From positions 1 through 30,155 of the IMG/VR virus record IMGVR_UViG_3300032248_000627: DNA of 30,155 nt; one strand, given 5' to 3'. The stretch is from a virus (Duplodnaviria; Caudoviricetes). The translations under genes were made by a program, and so were the position numbers. Under the pieces are notes generated by a model that was not told where the DNA came from, did not search any database, and saw nothing but the letters and a program-made list of their open reading frames with translations. This document shows positions 24,833-30,155 of the stretch, piece by piece; within the stretch, counting starts at the first letter, position 1, and each line of letters begins with the position of its first letter.

Positions 24833-25917
24833 TGCCAACAAACACAACAACCAGACGACTTGCGGAGGCAATGGCAAAAGAATCGCCATCAAAAGCGTCA
24901 TTCCAGACGGATGGTGGCAGCGCATCAATGGACTTTGTCCTAAATTATGATGAAATGCAGGGCATAGTATCAAACATATTAGGATCAGTTAAAAGGTCTG
25001 GTGATGGTGGTCTTGAGCGTAGACTTCCAGCAGCGCACCCATATTATGATTGGCTATACGCTTCAAAGATAACGTCGATCCAAGGCATTGCTCCGAATGG
25101 AAGATTGCTGGCAACAGATGCAGGAGTTCAAAGACAACATCAGACATTTATTCGAGACGCAATAACGTACGAAAAATATAGGATTTCAATCGATTTTGAA
25201 ACACGGCCATATTTAGTTGCGATGGACTCCACGATAAAAGCGCAACATGAAGAGAAAGATTGGTATTATGATGTAGAGAATAATTCTGTTAAATTTAAAG
25301 ATTGCAAAGAGTATTTACGCTTCCTTGATATTGACTGTGAGCAGAACGCCGAGTTTTTATCTTCTCCACAAGGTCAGTTCAAGTTTATTCGCACAGATGG
25401 TCAGGCACCAAACTTAACGTCTATCAGCAATCAAAACGGTGGTGGCGTTAACATCATCATCGCAAAGCGTAAATTGAAATTCACTTGGTTCTTTGTGCCA
25501 TATCAAGTTGTGTTTCAAGATCAAATCACTTACGGCCTTGGAAAGGTTAACCAATATGCATTTTATGGTTATCCTCCTGGTTCGTTGCTGCTCGAGGGTG
25601 TTGAGATCAAAAAATACCCGCCACCATTTCAAGACTTTTTAGCCGATCCATTGACACAAGGACCAGTCGCATCAAAAGTTTGCGATGTAACATTTGTTGT
25701 TTCCTGCCTAGCTCAAAGCGCAAATGACCTTGGTGGTGGAAGACCAGCAATTGCCCCTGCTGGACAGTATAAAGTTGCATATGGACATAATCTTGTGCCA
25801 TGGCCAGGCGATCTGAAATTCTATTACACTGAGACGCAGCCGCCTCTCGGCGTAGGATTAACATCAAGGCCGATCTATGGTAGCTATCCGTTTGAACGTC
25901 TTTTCCTGGTGAACTAA
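24832..25917 (+). CDS. tail tip / distal tail protein (putative)
   Basis: Position after the tape measure; TAATG coupling. Confidence 0.6.
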   Translation: MPTNTTTRRLAEAMAKESPSKASFQTDGGSASMDFVLNYDEMQGIVSNILGSVKRSGDGGLERRLPAAHPYYDWLYASKITSIQGIAPNGRLLATDAGVQRQHQTFIRDAITYEKYRISIDFETRPYLVAMDSTIKAQHEEKDWYYDVENNSVKFKDCKEYLRFLDIDCEQNAEFLSSPQGQFKFIRTDGQAPNLTSISNQNGGGVNIIIAKRKLKFTWFFVPYQVVFQDQITYGLGKVNQYAFYGYPPGSLLLEGVEIKKYPPPFQDFLADPLTQGPVASKVCDVTFVVSCLAQSANDLGGGRPAIAPAGQYKVAYGHNLVPWPGDLKFYYTETQPPLGVGLTSRPIYGSYPFERLFLVN

Positions 25918-26327
25918 TGACGCAACAGGCAGCAATAAAACGTGGAAGTCAGACCTTCGTGGAAAGCGAATGGTTCGTGGCTCGCATCGTGTCTGTTGGC
26001 GCAGCACCAATCGGTACTGGAACTACCACCGGGATACCGCATGGCTGGAAGGAACAGAAGGTTAGTGCGAATGGCTATTCTTATGAGGATGTGCCTGCAA
26101 ATGCACGACCAGACAATGGGACAGCAGTATATAACGGTTCACCAGCATTTCCTATTGGTGGTGGCAAAGCTGTCGTCAACGACATTGTTTTAATGCGAGC
26201 CAGGGGTGTTAGTGACCAAGGCTACCCAATCATGGAATTTATGGCTAAGGGTGGTGGTTCTGGTTCTGGTTCATCTCCGTCATCAGTTCAATGTATTGGC
26301 AATGTTTTATATGTGACATACGAGTGA
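25917..26327 (+). CDS. minor tail protein (putative)
   Basis: Coupled ORF; OB-like FVARI...W-x-E...VLMR pattern with a Gly/Ser tail. Confidence 0.6.
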   Translation: MTQQAAIKRGSQTFVESEWFVARIVSVGAAPIGTGTTTGIPHGWKEQKVSANGYSYEDVPANARPDNGTAVYNGSPAFPIGGGKAVVNDIVLMRARGVSDQGYPIMEFMAKGGGSGSGSSPSSVQCIGNVLYVTYE

Positions 26328-26333
26328 CGAATA

Positions 26334-26804
26334 ATGCCAACAACAAACACTTATAATTGCGCTGTCAATCAATCTTCGGAAATAGCTTACGAAAGGCCTT
26401 ATGCATGTTGTGGTTGGACTAGATACCCAAGATCATTCAGTGGCAAATACATTTGCGTTTCAAAGCCGGGATTCCCTCCAACGCCTGGATGCGAAGGTGT
26501 TGAAGTTCCAATAACGCTTACTCCAACAAGTTATTGCGGTGATTTGCTTGTATATTTTAGCGTTGGTGCGCCTGTGTATTTGGTACTTGGATTGCCAAAT
26601 CTTTGCTCTGAACCGACAGGATATGTTTCATCAACATTTCCAGGCGCAATAGATTTTTTCCTCTATGCAGGCCCGACTTCAGATGTAATGACGTATTCAT
26701 GCTCTTACATCAATGGAAATTATTTATTCAATGCTGAGGCTACATTTGGCCTTGTCTCTGGGCCATACATCAGAACAGTAACTATCAATCAGGTGACACC
26801 TTGA
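26334..26804 (+). CDS. Cys-containing hypothetical tail protein
   Basis: 156 aa ORF in the tail module. Confidence 0.6.
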   Translation: MPTTNTYNCAVNQSSEIAYERPYACCGWTRYPRSFSGKYICVSKPGFPPTPGCEGVEVPITLTPTSYCGDLLVYFSVGAPVYLVLGLPNLCSEPTGYVSSTFPGAIDFFLYAGPTSDVMTYSCSYINGNYLFNAEATFGLVSGPYIRTVTINQVTP

Positions 26805-27913
26805 CTAGAGCAAATGTTCTTCCTGGGGAATGCATCGCTCAAGTCAAGAGCGGTAGCTTGTTTCCAACCATATCGTGCCATGTATTGTGGTATTCGATTG
26901 AAGGTTATACGCCAAATCAAGCGTTGATGTGTAATAATTTGCCATGTGGCAAGCCAACCATTAAAGGCAAAGTGGATTCGCCGACAGCATTGCAATATAC
27001 AGGCCTCGGTCCAGATCAATACGCAACGCCATATGGTTCTTATGTTGGTGGTGAAGATGGTGCCGAATTGCCAGACAATGGCTGGAGATTCGATCTATCA
27101 CAATTAGAAACATGGGAGCCAACCCTTGGCAATTTTGGAACAACATACGTTGGTCCAAGACTGACTCTTCCAAACATTTATCTTAGGCTAAAAGAAAGAA
27201 ATCAAAAAATCGAGCCTTTTGAAAATCTAGAAAATGTGTTCTGGACAGGACCAGACTACAACGTCTACGACAATGACTGGCTTGGAAACTTAATGCCAGG
27301 TGGCTGGTGTTATACAAACCACGACATACCTGAACCAATGAAGGCGCAGGTCTATTATGAAGACGGGCACAAGGCAGGCGATCCAGACATACAAATAGAC
27401 AGGGATCATCAAAGCATTCATGAGAACTGGATGCCATTTTGTGACCCGTTAAGAGTTTACAACACGTCTGGAAATCAAATCGGCACCTTTGATGGAATAG
27501 CGTTTATTGTTTTTTTCAATGCTGCCGGGGTGAAAGACCCTGTGAATCCACCAGACGATTTTACAGTCGAAGCCACCGGAGTAAACTGGCCTAAGTTGAA
27601 CCCAACAAGGCAAATATTGAACCTTGAAGTGTGGTTTTATTTGACTGGAAACGGTGTGAAATCCCCTAGGATAGCAACCACAAGGTATTGGTCTTACACA
27701 AGGGGACTTTCGTATTTAGATGGTGGCGACATATTTGCCAAAAACAATCCATTCAATCCATATTTGTTTTTTAATGCTGGAAGCGTTACAGAAGAAATAC
27801 AGATGCAAATTAGATTTGCTCTCAAAACTGATCCAATCGCCAATCCTACGGCTTTGTCTCACAAAAAATCAAAAGTAGTAATGTCAAACCTGCATTTCTT
27901 TATAGGTGCGTAA
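26801..27913 (+). CDS. hypothetical tail-region protein
   Basis: 370 aa; TTG start overlapping the upstream stop. Confidence 0.7.
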   Translation: MTRANVLPGECIAQVKSGSLFPTISCHVLWYSIEGYTPNQALMCNNLPCGKPTIKGKVDSPTALQYTGLGPDQYATPYGSYVGGEDGAELPDNGWRFDLSQLETWEPTLGNFGTTYVGPRLTLPNIYLRLKERNQKIEPFENLENVFWTGPDYNVYDNDWLGNLMPGGWCYTNHDIPEPMKAQVYYEDGHKAGDPDIQIDRDHQSIHENWMPFCDPLRVYNTSGNQIGTFDGIAFIVFFNAAGVKDPVNPPDDFTVEATGVNWPKLNPTRQILNLEVWFYLTGNGVKSPRIATTRYWSYTRGLSYLDGGDIFAKNNPFNPYLFFNAGSVTEEIQMQIRFALKTDPIANPTALSHKKSKVVMSNLHFFIGA

Positions 27914-29463
27914 TGCCAGATTTTACCATAACCGTATCGCCGATCGAAGCTTCCGCTCATGGAGAGCATATAATCGCAGTGGCAAGGAACGTGTGTGCGT
28001 CAACTCCAGGCTATGCTGTACCAGTAAAATTTGAGTGTGCCTTGGCATGTACTGCTATTGGATGGCCAATGCAGTACGGAACAATCATACTGGAATTTTT
28101 CAGAGTAGATCCAGACTGTCCAGAAGAGGGACTGCTTTATTCAAGATATTTGACCAACATGTTTTCATTTCCGCTCGGTTGCATTCCAGGCGATCCATCA
28201 CCAGAAGGGACTTGGCAAGGGCAGGTAGTGATACCTGTTGCTGTCATCGCAGGCCCACCACCAAAGGGCATCTCCTTCCGAATTAGTGCAACCATGACTG
28301 TGGAAGATGATGCTTCTGTTAACGTACTTGTGAAGGTGGAAAGGCTAGTCCCAGCAAGCGAAATCGTTCCACCCCCGGCTAATGGACTTGGGACATATAT
28401 AGAGCTTGGAAGCTTCTCAAAGAATTTGACAAGAACCTTATCTGTTGGCAATTCACTAAGAAATCAACCATGGAATATGGAGCATGAAGGCCTTATTCCT
28501 TTCGCTCCCCTGCAACCTTTTGACGCACAATCAGTACGGGTTAAAATCAATTTAAACCCATTCAAGGTGGGGTGTGATGGGACAGCCAATAATGGTGCAG
28601 TTGCTGATTGCTCGCTAGACACTGGGAGCAGGACGTACGCTTGTTTTTCAGCAATAATTAAGCCAACAGTGCCTGGAACTTTTAGGCCTCGATGGGTTCA
28701 ACTTGGCGTGAATGCCTCATGGAACGAAACAGATTATGGTTGCTTCTATGGCAACAATGCTGGACCAGATGCTATTCCACCAATTGCTCAGAAAATCTCT
28801 CCAAACATTGTTTCCAATCCATTACCATATGAAATTCTTAATGTTGGGTGCCCTGGAGAGAACACGAAGACTGGGGACGTTCAGTCGATTCAGTACTCTG
28901 GTGAACGATCGATATCAATCATCCCTTATAGCGAACCGTATCACGACATTGTCATAAAAAGCGTGAACAAAGGAAGTCCATGTATTGCTATGCGTGTCCA
29001 TGGTGCTGGCAATCCATGGACGCTAGGCAACTACTCAATAGACACAAGAGTTTTAACCGAGACTGGCCATTGGGTTGCCACTGCCACATTCCCTGGGCTG
29101 GCCGGGTCGCCAATAGCAATTGTTTATGGGTTAGAGTTTCCTTCTGGTGCTGTTGCAGCCTGCGTGGATTCGCTCAAGTCATCGCAGCCAGTGCAGTCGC
29201 TGCCGCAGATCGCAGAAGACCATCCAGTTCGTGCAATAGTGGCAAAAATGAAGGCCGTTAAAACGTCACCTTGCATCCATCTTGGACAGCAGCTTGAGAC
29301 TACACCGTCCTGTGGTTGTTCAGGTGGCAACCTTTACGAATGCGCCAAACATGGCAAATGTCGTATACAAGGTAATACGATTGAGATGAACTGCTGGCGT
29401 TGCCCAGACTATATTGACCGCACTGAAAATAACGGTATGATTGATGTAAACAATGGGGGATAG
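27913..29463 (+). CDS. tail-region protein with C-terminal Cys/His-rich domain
   Basis: C-terminal PCIHLG...CGC...ECAKHGKC...CWRCPDY. Confidence 0.75.
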   Translation: MPDFTITVSPIEASAHGEHIIAVARNVCASTPGYAVPVKFECALACTAIGWPMQYGTIILEFFRVDPDCPEEGLLYSRYLTNMFSFPLGCIPGDPSPEGTWQGQVVIPVAVIAGPPPKGISFRISATMTVEDDASVNVLVKVERLVPASEIVPPPANGLGTYIELGSFSKNLTRTLSVGNSLRNQPWNMEHEGLIPFAPLQPFDAQSVRVKINLNPFKVGCDGTANNGAVADCSLDTGSRTYACFSAIIKPTVPGTFRPRWVQLGVNASWNETDYGCFYGNNAGPDAIPPIAQKISPNIVSNPLPYEILNVGCPGENTKTGDVQSIQYSGERSISIIPYSEPYHDIVIKSVNKGSPCIAMRVHGAGNPWTLGNYSIDTRVLTETGHWVATATFPGLAGSPIAIVYGLEFPSGAVAACVDSLKSSQPVQSLPQIAEDHPVRAIVAKMKAVKTSPCIHLGQQLETTPSCGCSGGNLYECAKHGKCRIQGNTIEMNCWRCPDYIDRTENNGMIDVNNGG

Positions 29464-29465
29464 CC

Positions 29466-29705
29466 ATGGATATATTCGAGTTCATGAAGACACATGGCTT
29501 ACCTTGGGCAGGCATGGCAATTGCAGCCTACGCCTTCTGGGTGCAAGTGGTTATCCCAGGTCGTGATAGGCACTTCCAATTTCTCGACAAGATTGAATCA
29601 GCAATGGTAGAGATGGCGAAAACGCAAACTGCTATAATGAGAGAAGTTGCTGAACTTGTTCAACGTGTAGAAGGAGACAGTAAGAATGGCAAGTCTAATC
29701 TATAA
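29466..29705 (+). CDS. holin-like membrane protein
   Basis: N-terminal TM helix (GLP-x-A) plus coiled coil; 79 aa; strong RBS. Confidence 0.5.
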   Translation: MDIFEFMKTHGLPWAGMAIAAYAFWVQVVIPGRDRHFQFLDKIESAMVEMAKTQTAIMREVAELVQRVEGDSKNGKSNL

Positions 29706-30102
29706 TTCGGCAATTTATGATGCTTCAGTCGGGTCAATCGACTTTGACACAGACACATTTAAGATGATGCTTGTGACAAGTTCGTACACTGCTGCAAAGA
29801 CGCATACAAAGCGCAACGCAGTGACAAATGAAGTCACTGGTACTGGTTATACTGCTGGTGGTAATGCTGCTGCTGCGACTGTAACCAAGGATGACACAAA
29901 TAGTCGTGTGGACATTACCTTTGCAATCACCTCATGGACTACAGCAACAATTACTGCAAGAGCAGGCGTGATTTATAAGAGCCGAGGTGGCGCATCGTCT
30001 GCCGATGAACTTGTTGGGTATGTCGATTTTGGATCTGACATTTCCAGTACAGCAGGAACATTCTCGGTGACAATTACAAGTCCTCTCAGGTTCCAAAACT
30101 AA
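29686..30102 (+). CDS. conserved phage structural (tail-associated) protein
   Basis: IDFDTDTFK-x-ML...NEV-x-GTGYTAGG...ITAR-x-x-VIY...YVDFG motif; AAGGAG upstream. Confidence 0.75.
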   Translation: MASLIYNSAIYDASVGSIDFDTDTFKMMLVTSSYTAAKTHTKRNAVTNEVTGTGYTAGGNAAAATVTKDDTNSRVDITFAITSWTTATITARAGVIYKSRGGASSADELVGYVDFGSDISSTAGTFSVTITSPLRFQN

Positions 30103-30155
30103 TGTCTACCTGTGTAATAGTTGCTGGGACGTATCGATCTGGTACATCATTGTTG
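30102..30155 (+). CDS. 3'-truncated sulfotransferase-family protein
   Basis: MSTCVIVAGTYRSGTSLL matches the PAPS-binding G-x-x-RSGT(S/T) loop; only 18 codons are visible. Confidence 0.6.
   Translation, partial: MSTCVIVAGTYRSGTSLL

Noticed and set aside
9253-29515. Numerous short antisense or alternate-frame ORFs in the structural module
   Set aside because: They overlap well-supported + strand genes and lack RBS or recognisable motifs
1-30155. Alternative genetic code, DGR/retron, integrase, IS element or intron
   Set aside because: Genes tile densely under the standard code, terL and capsid are uninterrupted, and no RT, integrase or transposase motifs were seen

Overview
About 30 kb of a tailed dsDNA phage (or prophage) with a non-contractile-tail gene order, in three blocks. 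(1) 1-6100, + strand: small accessory genes, a RusA-like resolvase, an HNH nuclease, and three separate predicted DNA-modification enzymes (C5-cytosine MTase, a QueE + TGT/DpdA-like 7-deazaguanine pair, and a Mom-like GNAT). (2) About 6170-8990: a compositionally distinct, minus-strand 'immediate-early-like' operon with its own sigma70 promoter, a shared RBS motif and a palindromic terminator. It encodes three small membrane proteins (two missing from the ORF track), a hypothetical protein and a GP88-like Cys-motif protein, with a 49-nt truncated tRNA-like element before the last gene. It is flanked by tandem repeats and an AT-rich inverted-repeat region that may be the packaging or genome-end site. 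(3) 8998-30155, + strand: the morphogenesis module (terS, terL, portal with an extra C-terminal domain, MuF, protease/scaffold, decoration, capsid, neck, two tail-tube-like paralogs, a -1 frameshifted tail chaperone, a tape measure carrying an HExxH metallopeptidase-like insert, tail tip, holin-like gene) and the start of a sulfotransferase-like gene. A Planctomycetota host is a tentative impression only. All calls come from reading motifs by eye; no database searches were run.
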